A stretch of 64,000 nucleotides of DNA from positions 9,039 to 73,038 of the IMG/VR virus record IMGVR_UViG_3300032030_000062; one strand, given 5' to 3'. Below the pieces are notes generated by a model. The model ran no database searches and was not told the origin of the DNA. It saw nothing but the letters and a program-made list of their open reading frames with translations. This DNA is from a virus (taxonomy: Duplodnaviria; Caudoviricetes). Positions 63,786 through 64,000 of the stretch are shown piece by piece; position 1 is the stretch's first letter; every line of letters begins with the position of its first letter. Both the position numbers and the translations under genes were made by a program.

Positions 63786-64000
63786 CAGCACCTGTTCACA
63801 TCTGCTAACTGTCGTTAGATCAGGCTAACAGGTATTCACATCTGTCAACTGTCATTAGTGCAAACTAACTGGACAGCACCTGTTCACATCTGCTAACTGT
63901 CGTTAGATCAGGCTAACAGGTATTCACATCTGTCAACTGTCATTAGTGCAAACTAACTGGACAGCACCTGTTCACATCTGCTAACTGTCGTTAGATCAGG
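63786..64000. repeat. Perfect 88-bp tandem repeat array (about 2.4 copies, truncated by window end)
   Basis: CAGCACCTGTTCACATCTG at 63786, 63874, 63962; each unit is two related subunits of 40 and 48 bp. Confidence 0.95.

Noticed and set aside
63800-63880. Integron attC sites (GTTAGAT matches GTTRRRY)
   Set aside because: No matching RYYYAAC inverse core at a suitable distance and no cassette ORFs between units.
63786-64000. CRISPR array
   Set aside because: Units are fully identical with no unique spacers, and no cas operon is present.
1-64000. Stop-codon reassignment (TAG/TGA recoding seen in some gut phages)
   Set aside because: Long genes are intact in the standard code, TGA and TAG both serve as stops (e.g. 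62986-88), and no suppressor-anticodon tRNA was found.

Overview
A 64-kb stretch of an AT-rich tailed (siphovirus-like) phage, most likely infecting a gut or rumen Firmicute/Clostridiales host (inferred from gene style and sigma-A promoters). Essentially every real gene is on the + strand, and the ORFs are intact in the standard genetic code. Gene order is as follows. (1) Portal C-terminus and an A118-like head/tail morphogenesis block (1-17.2 kb). (2) A tail-fibre and accessory region punctuated by a short repeated site (17.2-21 kb). (3) A holin-like gene and a self-contained operon of unknown function (21-25.4 kb). (4) A large, nearly host-independent replication arm: SNF2 helicase, initiator, DnaC, DnaB, primase, SSB, PolA, beta clamp, DnaX/delta'/delta clamp loader, RecA and RecU. 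A glycosyltransferase/cytidylyltransferase cluster sits directly behind polA. (5) A tRNA/ncRNA island (51.2-53.6 kb). (6) Strong-promoter small early genes with a hammerhead ribozyme, then an 88-bp tandem array running off the window end. No terminase, endolysin, integrase or repressor is visible. Strongest candidates for undescribed biology: (i) the polA-linked GT-B + 2x GT-A + nucleotidyltransferase/HAD cluster, a probable DNA hypermodification system with no visible TET or hydroxymethylase; (ii) the cassette-delimiting AAYTAAYTTAAAG site; (iii) oversized tRNA-like RNAs; (iv) a kissing-loop RNA in front of the replication initiator; (v) the 21.3-25.4 kb operon. All family assignments come from motif recognition by eye; no searches were run.
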